NCBI GenBank assembly: GCA_047602405.1
Contig: JASGHJ010000001.1
Span: forward strand, 1,472,001 to 1,536,000
DNA length: 64,000 nucleotides
Direction of reading: 5' to 3'
DNA from: Anaeromyxobacteraceae bacterium
Lineage (GTDB): Bacteria > Myxococcota > Myxococcia > Myxococcales > Anaeromyxobacteraceae
Each line of letters starts with the position of its first letter. The stretch's first letter is position 1. The notes beneath the pieces were generated by a model that worked only from the letters and a program-made list of their open reading frames with translations, did not search any database and was not told the origin of the DNA. Position numbers and translations under genes: made by a program. Below are positions 1 to 8,109 of the stretch, in pieces.

Positions 1-772
1 GAAGTGGCTCCGCTCCAGGGAGGCGGCGACCGCCTCGGGGTCCACGGCCTCGCCGCGGACGCGCAGCCTCGCCATGGGCGGCGGCGCGCCGTCCCGCCCC
101 GCGATCACGCCACCGCCGGTCGGCCTCCCGCTGAAGACCGTGCCCCCGCCCACCGAGCAGATCCCGGTGGACGCACGGGCGCTCGTCGCCGGCTGGCGGC
201 CGGGCGACCACCGCATCGTGGTGCGCACCGCCACGCCGCTCGGCCGGGGGACGCGCGTGGCGCTCCGGCTGCAGGGCGAGGTCGGCGTGAACGCGCCGGT
301 CACCGGCACGGTGACGGGCACGCGCACGCTCCAGGCGGGCGGCCCGGGCGGCAGGCCCATCTACTCCGCCGACGTGATCGTCGACGCCGACCGCCGCGGC
401 ATGCTCCGCCGGGTGCAGGAGTACTTCGACGGCCGCGCGAGCCTCCCCAGGGAGCGCGAGCCGCGCTACCGCATGTCGCTCCCCGCCGTCGTCTCCGCGG
501 GGCCCGCGGCGCTGTACATGAAGACCTTCTCGCTCTCCCGCGGCGGCTGCGGCCTCTCGTGGGCGGGCGAGCGGCCCCCGGCGGGCGCGTACCTGAACGT
601 GCGCCTCGGCGGCGGCCCGACCGCGCCCAGCTTCCGCGCGCGCGTCTGCTGGGTGCGTGGCGAGCCGCAGGGCACGAAGGTCGGCCTGCGCTTCCTCGCG
701 GGCGGCGACCCGCAGGCGCTCCTGCGCCTCCTCGGCGAGGTGAGCGAGCGGGACCTCGAGGCGGTGTCGTAG
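1..772 (+). CDS. PilZ-domain protein, paralogue 1 (start codon probably straddles the window edge)
   Basis: The frame of ORF 74..772 is open back to base 2 and reads KWLRSREAA, matching the MKWLRPST start of the next gene, so base 1 is probably the G of ATG. C-terminal PilZ-like barrel (EPRYRMSLP...SLSRGG...ARVCWVR...VGLRF). Confidence 0.75.
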   Translation, partial: KWLRSREAATASGSTASPRTRSLAMGGGAPSRPAITPPPVGLPLKTVPPPTEQIPVDARALVAGWRPGDHRIVVRTATPLGRGTRVALRLQGEVGVNAPVTGTVTGTRTLQAGGPGGRPIYSADVIVDADRRGMLRRVQEYFDGRASLPREREPRYRMSLPAVVSAGPAALYMKTFSLSRGGCGLSWAGERPPAGAYLNVRLGGGPTAPSFRARVCWVRGEPQGTKVGLRFLAGGDPQALLRLLGEVSERDLEAVS

Positions 773-896
773 GTCGCGGCGGGGGTGTCCGGTTCCGGAT
801 TCCCACGGTCCGGGGTCAGCGCCGCAGGGCTCGGGAGCGTCCCGATGCCGCGCTCGACCGTCGGTCGGGTATTCGGTCGGTCACCGCATGCCGATC

Positions 897-1608
897 ATGA
901 AGTGGCTCCGCCCCAGCACGGCGACGCAGGACCCGCCTGCCGCCCCGCGCCGCCCGACGCCCACCCGGTCGGCGGCGACCGCGCCGCTCAGGACCGTCCC
1001 GGCGCCCGCCGAGGTGATCCCGCTCGACGCGCGCGCGCTCGTGAGCGCCTGGAGCCCGGGCTCGAGCCGCGTGGTGATCAGGAGCGCCGGGCCGCTCGGT
1101 GAGGGCCGCCGCGTGGCGCTGCGCCTGACCGGCGAGGGCGGCCTCGCGGCGCCCGTGCTCGGGACCGTGAAGGTCGCGCGCCCCATCGCCGGCGCCTACG
1201 CCGCCGAGGTCGAGATCGACGACGACCGCCAGGCGGCGCTCCACCGCATCCGCGCGTACCTCGACGGCCGCGCGCCGAGCCCGCGCGTCCGGGATCCCCG
1301 CTTCCGCGTGACCCTGCCCGCCGTGGTCTCCGCCGGCGGCGGGCACCTGTACATGAGCACCTTCTCCCTCTCGCGCGGCGGCTGCGGCCTCGTGTGGAGC
1401 GGGGTGAAGCCGCTCCCGAGCTCGAATCCTGGACGTGAAGGTCGGGCTCACGCCGGCCGCCGGCGCCCTGCTCCGCGCCCGCGTGTGCTGGGCGCGCCAG
1501 GACGGGAAGGCATTCAGGGTGGGCCTGCGCTTCCTCGCGGGCGGCGACCAGCTCGGCCTCGGCCGGCTCCTCGAGGACGCGAAGGGCAGGGTCGAGGCGG
1601 AGCATTGA
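897..1608 (+). CDS. PilZ-domain protein, paralogue 2; apparent +1 frameshift at 1425-1426 (probably a sequencing error)
   Basis: Aligns with paralogue 1. Removing one A from GAATC (1424-1428) restores SILDVKVG...RARVCWARQDGKAFRVGLRFLAGGD to TGA at 1606-1608. Confidence 0.75.
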
Positions 1609-1641
1609 GTTGTCCACGGCGGCGTGCTCTCCTCCGGCGCC

Positions 1642-3804
1642 ATGCGCGCCACCCTCCGCCCGCTCCTCGCGACCGCCGCACTCGTCCTCGCCCCGGCCGC
1701 CCTCGCCGCCGAGGGCAAGTGGACGCCGGAGCAGGTCCACGCCCAGGGCCCCGCGTGGCTGAAGGCCCAGGGGTTCGAGCTGCCGCTCTCGACGCTCTGG
1801 GATCCGGCGAAGGGCGGCGGGCTGCTCGCGAACGCGATCCAGGTGCCGGGCTGCTCGGCGTCGTTCGTCTCCGCCGACGGGCTCCTCGTCACGAACCACC
1901 ACTGCGCGGTGGGCATCCTGCAGGAGCACTCGACCACCGAGCGGAACCTGCTCCGCGACGGCTTCCTCGCGGCGACCCGCGCCGACGAGCGGAGGGCCCG
2001 GGCCTACCGCGCGCAGGTGCCGCGCGCGTTCACCGACGTGACCGCCGAGGTCAGGGCCGCGGTGCCCGCGGGCGCCGACGACGCGGCGCGCGCTCGGGCC
2101 GTCGAGCGGAAGGGCAAGGCGCTCGTCGCCGCCTGCGAGCAGCGCAAGGACGCCGGCGGCAAGGCCGCCCGCTGCGAGTTCCACGTGCACGACGGCGGGG
2201 TCGCCTTCGCGCTCACCGAGTTCGACGAGTACACCGACGTGCGCCTCGTCTGGGCGCCGCCGGTGGGCGTCGGGAACTTCGGCGGGGAGGTCGACAACTG
2301 GACCTGGCCGCGCCACACCGGCGACTTCGCGCTGCTCCGCGTGTACGGCCCGGACGGCCAGCCGTACCGGCCGCGCTGGTCCTTCCCGGTCTCGGCCCGC
2401 GGCGTCCGCCCGGGCGACGCGGTCGCGGTGCTCGGGTACCCGGGCACGACCTTCCGCGCGTACGTGGCCGACGAGATGGCCGAGCGCGCGGGCCGGTTCT
2501 ATCCGGCGGCGCTCTCGCTCGCGAAGGAGTGGGAGGCGATCATCGAGGAGGAGGGCGCCCGGAGCGACGCCGTGAAGCTCGCGCTCGCCGCCGACCTGCG
2601 CGGGCTCACCAACCGCCGGAAGAACGCCGAGGGGCAGCTGGCCGGGTTCCGACGCGGCCGGATCGTGGAGCGCCGCCGGGAGGACGAGGCGCGGGTGCTC
2701 GCCTGGGCGAGGGCGCACGGCCGCGTCGACGCGGTGGCGGCGCGCGACGGGCTCGCGGGGCTCGCGGCCGAGAAGGTCGCGACCTTCGACCGCGACTTCC
2801 TCCTCGACCAGCTCGGGAGCGTGGCGCGCACGCTGCGCTGGCCGGTGCAGGTCGCGCGGCGCGCGGCCGAGGCGGCGCGACCCGACGCGGAGCGCGAGCC
2901 CGGCTGGCAGGAGCGCGACCTCGCCCGGGTGCGCGAGGAGCTGCAGAAGGACCAGGGCCGGTACGCGCCCGCGGCGGACCGCCGCCTCGCGCTCTCCTGG
3001 GTGAAGCGCGCGCTCGCGCTTCCGGAGGGGCAGCGCCTCGCCCCGGTGGAGGCGCGCTTCCGCGGGAAGGACGACGCCGCCATCCTCGCGGCGCTCGACG
3101 CCTGGGCGGCGGCCTCGCCGCTCACGAAGGCCGAGGGCCGGCTCGCGGCGTTCGACGAGACCCGCGCCGCGCTCGCCGCGCGCAACGACCCGCTGACGAC
3201 GCTCGGCCTGGAGCTCGACGCCGAGCGGCGCGCCCTGCGCGACCGCCGCGAGGCCTGGACCGGGGCTGCGCTGCGCCTCAGGCCCGCGTGGCGCGCCGCC
3301 GAGGCGGGCGAGGCGGGCCGGGCCCTCGCGCCCGACGCGAACCGGTCGCTCCGCGCCTCGTTCGGCCGCGTGAAGGGCTACGCGCCGCGCGACGCCGTGA
3401 CGTACGCGCCGCAGACGACGCTCGGCGGGGTCCTCGAGAAGGCCACCGGCGAGGAGCCGTTCGACGCGCCGGGGTGGCTCCTCGAGGCGCGCCGGGCCGG
3501 CAAGCTCGGCCGCTTCGCGGACCCGGTCCTGAAGGACGTCCCGGTCGACTTCCTCGCCGACCTCGACACCACCGGCGGCAACTCCGGCAGCCCCGTCATC
3601 GACGCGCGCGGGCGGCTCGTCGGCGTGAACTTCGACCGGGTCTGGGAGAACGTCGCGAACGACTTCGGCTACGTGCCGGCGGTCGCCCGCAACGTCACCG
3701 CCGACGCGCGGTACCTCCTGTGGATCCTCGAGCAGGAGGGCGCCCAGGGGCAGCCGGGCGCGGCGGCCCTCCTCGACGAGCTCCTCCAGGAAAAGAAGCA
3801 CTGA
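1642..3804 (+). CDS. S46 family dipeptidyl peptidase (DPP7/DAP BII-like), exported
   Basis: Signal peptide followed by EGKW; motifs GCSASFVS...TNHHC, NWTWPRHTGDF, DTTGGNSGSP, VNFDR. Confidence 0.92.
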   Translation: MRATLRPLLATAALVLAPAALAAEGKWTPEQVHAQGPAWLKAQGFELPLSTLWDPAKGGGLLANAIQVPGCSASFVSADGLLVTNHHCAVGILQEHSTTERNLLRDGFLAATRADERRARAYRAQVPRAFTDVTAEVRAAVPAGADDAARARAVERKGKALVAACEQRKDAGGKAARCEFHVHDGGVAFALTEFDEYTDVRLVWAPPVGVGNFGGEVDNWTWPRHTGDFALLRVYGPDGQPYRPRWSFPVSARGVRPGDAVAVLGYPGTTFRAYVADEMAERAGRFYPAALSLAKEWEAIIEEEGARSDAVKLALAADLRGLTNRRKNAEGQLAGFRRGRIVERRREDEARVLAWARAHGRVDAVAARDGLAGLAAEKVATFDRDFLLDQLGSVARTLRWPVQVARRAAEAARPDAEREPGWQERDLARVREELQKDQGRYAPAADRRLALSWVKRALALPEGQRLAPVEARFRGKDDAAILAALDAWAAASPLTKAEGRLAAFDETRAALAARNDPLTTLGLELDAERRALRDRREAWTGAALRLRPAWRAAEAGEAGRALAPDANRSLRASFGRVKGYAPRDAVTYAPQTTLGGVLEKATGEEPFDAPGWLLEARRAGKLGRFADPVLKDVPVDFLADLDTTGGNSGSPVIDARGRLVGVNFDRVWENVANDFGYVPAVARNVTADARYLLWILEQEGAQGQPGAAALLDELLQEKKH

Positions 3805-3845
3805 GCCGGTGCCCGGCGGGCGGACCTTTGCTAGGTTCGCCCGCC

Positions 3846-5291
3846 ATGACCGACCTCCTCGCCGGGCTCGAGCCCGCCCTCCTCTGGAAGCAGTTCGAAG
3901 GCCTCGCCCGGATCCCGCGCGGCTCCGGCAAGGAGGCCGCCGCCATGGCCTGGGCCGAGGCCCAGGCGCGGGCCGCCGGCTGCGAGGTCGAGCGCGACGC
4001 CGCGGGCAACCTCCTCGCCCGCAAGAAGGCGACGCCCGGCATGGAGGGGCGCAGGCCGGTGGCGCTGCAGGGCCACATCGACATGGTCTGCGAGAAGGAC
4101 GAGGCGACCGCGCACGACTTCGAGAAGGACCCCATCGCGCTCGTGCGCGACGGCGACGTCCTGCGCGCCCGCGGCACGACGCTCGGCGCCGACAACGGCA
4201 TCGGCGTCGCGGCCGGGCTCGCGCTGCTCGCCGCGAAGGACGTGAAGCACGGCCCGCTCGAGGTCCTCGTCACGGTCGACGAGGAGACCGGCCTCACCGG
4301 CGCGAACGCCGTGAAGCCGGGGTGGCTGAAGGCGAAGATCCTCCTCAACCTCGACAGCGAGGCCGAGCACGAGCTCACCATCGGCTGCGCGGGCGGCATC
4401 GACACGGTCGCGGTCCGGAAGATCACCCGCGAGCCCGCGCCGGCCGGCGCGAGGGCGCTGCGCCTCAAGGTGACGGGGCTCAAGGGCGGCCACTCCGGCA
4501 TCGACATCCACCTCGGGCGCGGCAACGCCATCCGCGTGCTCGCCTCCGTGCTCGACGCGCTGGCGCCTCACGACCTCGCGCTCGCCTCGCTCAGGGGTGG
4601 CAACAAGCGCAACGCCATCCCGCGCGAGGCCTCGGCGGTCGTGCTCGTCGCCCCCGCGAAGGAGGCCGCGCTCCGGGCCGACGTCGCCCGGCTCGCCGGC
4701 GAGTGGCGCGCCGCCCTCGGCCAGATCGATCCGGAGGTGGCCATCGAGGTCTCGCCCGCCGAGGCGGGCCCGGTGATGAGCGCCGCGGACGCGCGCGCCG
4801 CGGTCGGCCTCCTCCTCACCGGCCCGAACGGCGTCGAGGCGATGAGCCCGGACGTCCCCGGCCTCGTGCAGACCTCGACCAACCTCGGCGTCCTCGAGAC
4901 GCGCGACGGCGAGGTCGAGTGCACCTTCCTCACCCGCAGCGCCATCGACTCCTCGAAGCGCGCGCTCGCGAACCGCATCGCGGCGGCCTGCCGCCTCGCC
5001 GGCTTCGATCCGCGCGAGTCGGGCGGGTACCCCGGCTGGAAGCCCGAGCCCGGCGCCGGGATCGTGAAGCTCGTCGCGGGCGTGAACCAGGAGCTCTTCG
5101 GCGTCGCGCCGAAGGTCTCCGCCTGCCACGCCGGCCTCGAGTGCGGGATCATCGGCGAGAAGTTCCCGGGCATGGAGATGGTCTCGTTCGGCCCGGACAT
5201 CCGGGACGCGCACACGCCGCGCGAGCAGGTCGGCATCGGCTCGACGGCGCGGTTCTGGAGGCTGCTCACGACGGTGCTCGAGCGGATCTGA
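3846..5291 (+). CDS. pepD: Aminoacyl-histidine dipeptidase (M20C family)
   Basis: Motifs LQGHIDMV, GTTLGADNGIG, DEETGL, NLDSE, GGHSG, RNAIPRE, HAGLECG, SFGP. Confidence 0.9.
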   Translation: MTDLLAGLEPALLWKQFEGLARIPRGSGKEAAAMAWAEAQARAAGCEVERDAAGNLLARKKATPGMEGRRPVALQGHIDMVCEKDEATAHDFEKDPIALVRDGDVLRARGTTLGADNGIGVAAGLALLAAKDVKHGPLEVLVTVDEETGLTGANAVKPGWLKAKILLNLDSEAEHELTIGCAGGIDTVAVRKITREPAPAGARALRLKVTGLKGGHSGIDIHLGRGNAIRVLASVLDALAPHDLALASLRGGNKRNAIPREASAVVLVAPAKEAALRADVARLAGEWRAALGQIDPEVAIEVSPAEAGPVMSAADARAAVGLLLTGPNGVEAMSPDVPGLVQTSTNLGVLETRDGEVECTFLTRSAIDSSKRALANRIAAACRLAGFDPRESGGYPGWKPEPGAGIVKLVAGVNQELFGVAPKVSACHAGLECGIIGEKFPGMEMVSFGPDIRDAHTPREQVGIGSTARFWRLLTTVLERI

Positions 5292-5393
5292 GGCGCGGGA
5301 GGTCGGACGGAGCGCAGAGCCAGCCTCCGCCTCAGCGAGACCGCGAAAGTGTGAATGCGTGCGGCGGGCGGCCCCTGCGCTAGGGTGCTGGCC

Positions 5394-5522
5394 ATGGACG
5401 CTCACACCGAGGCCCAGGGCGCCGCCCTGCCGCTCCCCGTCGCGATCGCGGCCGGCCTGGGCGCGCGCACCGCCCGCGCCCAGCTCGGCGCGCTGCGCGC
5501 CGGACGCGGGGACGAGGGGTGA
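5394..5522 (+). CDS. Possible 42-aa hypothetical protein
   Basis: ATG...TGA ORF (MDAHTEAQGAALPLPVAIAAGLG...) whose stop overlaps the next GTG start (GTGA); GC-rich third positions. Confidence 0.35.
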   Translation: MDAHTEAQGAALPLPVAIAAGLGARTARAQLGALRAGRGDEG

Positions 5523-5716
5523 TCACCCCGGCGCCGGTCTACCGCGTCGAGGGCGCGAAGGGCGCGCGCCTCGAGAAGGTCTCGCGGCGCGACGCCGAGA
5601 AGGCCGCCCGGGACCTCGTGGTGCGCGGGGCCGCCTCGGCGAAGGTGGTGCGGGGCGGCAAGGTGCTCGCCGCCTGGCGCCGCACGCAGGACGGCAAGGT
5701 GGAGCGCACGCGCTGA
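5519..5716 (+). CDS. Small basic hypothetical protein (65 aa)
   Basis: GAGG just upstream, host-like codon usage, protein-like composition. Confidence 0.55.
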   Translation: MITPAPVYRVEGAKGARLEKVSRRDAEKAARDLVVRGAASAKVVRGGKVLAAWRRTQDGKVERTR

Positions 5717-5731
5717 GCCGCCGCGCCGCGC

Positions 5732-7396
5732 TCAGCCCTGGGGCGCCTTCGCCGCCGGCAGCGTGAACCAGAACGTGCAGCCGCGCCCGGGCGCCGCGTC
5801 GACGCCGATGGCGCCGCCGTGCGCCTCGACGATCTCGCGCGCGATGTAGAGCCCGAGGCCCGCCCCGGGGCCCTGCGTGCCCGGCACGCGGTAGAAGCGC
5901 TCGAACACGCGGCCGGCCTGCTCGGGCGTGAGCCCGGGGCCCTCGTCCACGACCTCGAACCGCACGGCGCCGCCGGAGGTCCGGGTGCTCACCCGCACCG
6001 TGCCGCCCGCCGGGCTGTGCCGGACGGCGTTCCCGACGAGGTTCGCGAGGACGATCCCCGTGCGCTCGGCGTCGGCCTGCACCGTCTCCCTGGCCTCCCC
6101 GGCGACGAGCCGCACGCCCGCCGCCGCCGCCGGCGCGGCGGCCGCCTCGAGCGCGCGCGCGACGAGCTCCCCGGCCGCGCGGGGCGCAGGGTCGAGCTCG
6201 AGCTTCCCGGCCTGGATGCGCGAGAGGTCGAGGATCTCCTCGACGGTGTCGAGGAGGCGCGTGCAGTCCTGGCGGGCGCCGCCGAGGAGGCGGCGCTGCT
6301 CGTCGGTGACCGGGCCGGCCGCGCCGTCGCCGCAGAGGTGCACCGCCAGCTGCAGCGAGGTGAGCGGCGTGCGGAACTCGTGCGCCACCGTGGCGACGAG
6401 GTCGCTGCGGAGCTGGTCGAAGCGCGCGAGCCGGGTCACGTCCTGGAGCACGACCGTGACGCCGTTCACCTCACCGCCCCGCGTCCGGAGCGGCGACGCG
6501 TGCGGGAGGAAGGTGCGCGGCCCGCTACCCCGCGCCACGGTGACCGCCTCGTCGAGGCGGTTCGGCAGGTAGGGCTCGCCGCGCTCCGCCGCGTGGCGGA
6601 AGGCGGCGAGGAGCCGCGCGCGCAGGGGCGGCTCCGGGACGAGGTCGTCGAGGTGGTCGGGCAGCCCGTCCGGCCGCTCGAGCAGCGCGCGGGCCGTCGC
6701 GTTCAGGCCGAGCACGGCCCCCTCCCTGGACAGCACGAGCACCGGGTGGTGCAGGGAGTCGATCGCCGCCTGGGTGGTCCGCTGGGCGCGGACGAGCTCG
6801 CCGACCGAGCGGCGGGTGAGGCTCGCCGAGGCGATGACGCCGAGCACGAGCGCGACGCCGGTCGCGAGGGCGAGCAGCGTCTTGAACCGGTCGGCCATCA
6901 GGCCCGCCTCGACGCTCTTCCGCCGCATCGCCTCCTGGTTGATGTGGAGGAGCTCCTCGGAGGCGGCCTGGACGGCGTGGGCCGCGTCCTGCAGCGGGCC
7001 GAGGAGGGCCTCGCGGGTGAGCGGCCCCCGCAGCACCTCGTCCTCGGTCGCGAGGTAGCGCCGCCAGGCCTCCTCGAGCCGCCGGGTCACCTCCGCCTCG
7101 CCGGGCTCGCTGATGTGCTGGCGCTGGCCCTCGAGCTCCGCCTCGAAGCGCGCCCGGAGCGTCCGGGCGTCGCCGGTGGGCTGGATGCCCGCCGCGCGGA
7201 GGAGCGCGTCGTCGTGCATCTGCGCCAGGGCCGCGGACATGCGGTGGGCCGCCGCCGCGCTCCGGTAGTCGTCGTCGAGGCTGCTCTGCGCGTTCTGCCC
7301 GAGCGACGAGATGGTGCGCTGGGCGCCCCAGCCGACGAGGACGAGCGCGAGGACGAGCGGAGCCTGCGTCAGGAGGAGCCGCCTTCGGAACGTCAT
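5732..7396 (-). CDS. Sensor histidine kinase, KinB-like (TM, four-helix sensor, TM, PAS-like, HisKA, HATPase)
   Basis: RBS GAGGAG before ATG at 7396; H-box AHEFRTPLTS, N-box NLVGNAVRH, DEGPG, FERFYR, GAGLGL. Confidence 0.9.
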   Translation of the reverse strand: MTFRRRLLLTQAPLVLALVLVGWGAQRTISSLGQNAQSSLDDDYRSAAAAHRMSAALAQMHDDALLRAAGIQPTGDARTLRARFEAELEGQRQHISEPGEAEVTRRLEEAWRRYLATEDEVLRGPLTREALLGPLQDAAHAVQAASEELLHINQEAMRRKSVEAGLMADRFKTLLALATGVALVLGVIASASLTRRSVGELVRAQRTTQAAIDSLHHPVLVLSREGAVLGLNATARALLERPDGLPDHLDDLVPEPPLRARLLAAFRHAAERGEPYLPNRLDEAVTVARGSGPRTFLPHASPLRTRGGEVNGVTVVLQDVTRLARFDQLRSDLVATVAHEFRTPLTSLQLAVHLCGDGAAGPVTDEQRRLLGGARQDCTRLLDTVEEILDLSRIQAGKLELDPAPRAAGELVARALEAAAAPAAAAGVRLVAGEARETVQADAERTGIVLANLVGNAVRHSPAGGTVRVSTRTSGGAVRFEVVDEGPGLTPEQAGRVFERFYRVPGTQGPGAGLGLYIAREIVEAHGGAIGVDAAPGRGCTFWFTLPAAKAPQG

Positions 7397-7548
7397 CCCT
7401 CTCCTCCTCGTGACGGCCCCGTCCGTCCCCACCGGGCAGGCTGGCACCGGGGTGCCGATCGTGCGAGCCTCCACCGCATGGTGCCACCAGGACGCCCCCC
7501 CTGGCCCCCAATCCGCAGCCGGCGCCCCCGCAGCCCGAGGCGCTGCGG

Positions 7549-8085
7549 GTGCTCGTCGCGGACGACGAGCCGAACATCCGCGCCACGCTCGGCGTCTGCC
7601 TGCGGAGCCTCGGCTGCGAGGTGACCGAGGCCGGAGACGCCGCGGGGGCGCTCAGGGCGATCGGCGAGCGGCCCCACGCGCTCGCGCTCGTCGACCTCCG
7701 GCTCGGGGTGGACGACGGCCTCGACCTGTTGCCCCGCCTGCTCGGCCTGCAGCCCGACCTCGACGTCGTGATCATCACCGCCTACGGCCGGATCGAGTCG
7801 GCGGTCGAGGCGATGCGCCGGGGGGCACAGGACTACCTGCCGAAGCCGTTCACGCCGGTCCAGGTGGGCGAGGCCCTCGCGCGCACGCGCGAGCGGCGGG
7901 CGGCGCGCGCCGCCGCGCCGGCGCCCGCCGCGGTGCCCGGCGGCGACTTCACGACCGAGGAGGTCGAGCGCGAGCACGTGAAGCGGGTGGTGGCACGGGC
8001 GCCGACGCTCGCCGAGGCCTCCCGGATCCTCGGGCTCGACGTCACGACGCTGTGGCGCAAGCGGAAGCGCTGGCAGGACGGCTGA
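7549..8085 (+). CDS. Response regulator, receiver + Fis-type HTH (AlgB-like, no AAA+ domain); start uncertain (possibly CTG at 7501)
   Basis: VADDE, LVDLRL (phospho-Asp), ITAY, YLPKPF; C-terminal EEVEREHV...ASRILGLDVTTLWRKRK. Confidence 0.88.
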   Translation: MLVADDEPNIRATLGVCLRSLGCEVTEAGDAAGALRAIGERPHALALVDLRLGVDDGLDLLPRLLGLQPDLDVVIITAYGRIESAVEAMRRGAQDYLPKPFTPVQVGEALARTRERRAARAAAPAPAAVPGGDFTTEEVEREHVKRVVARAPTLAEASRILGLDVTTLWRKRKRWQDG

Positions 8086-8109
8086 GCCGGCGCCGGACGG
8101 CCGCCGCGG

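Noticed and set aside
888..5291. 1467-aa ORF seeming to fuse PilZ and PepD
   Set aside because: Artefact of the 1425 frameshift and stop-poor GC-rich frames; the middle is an Arg/Gly-rich shadow of the S46 gene.
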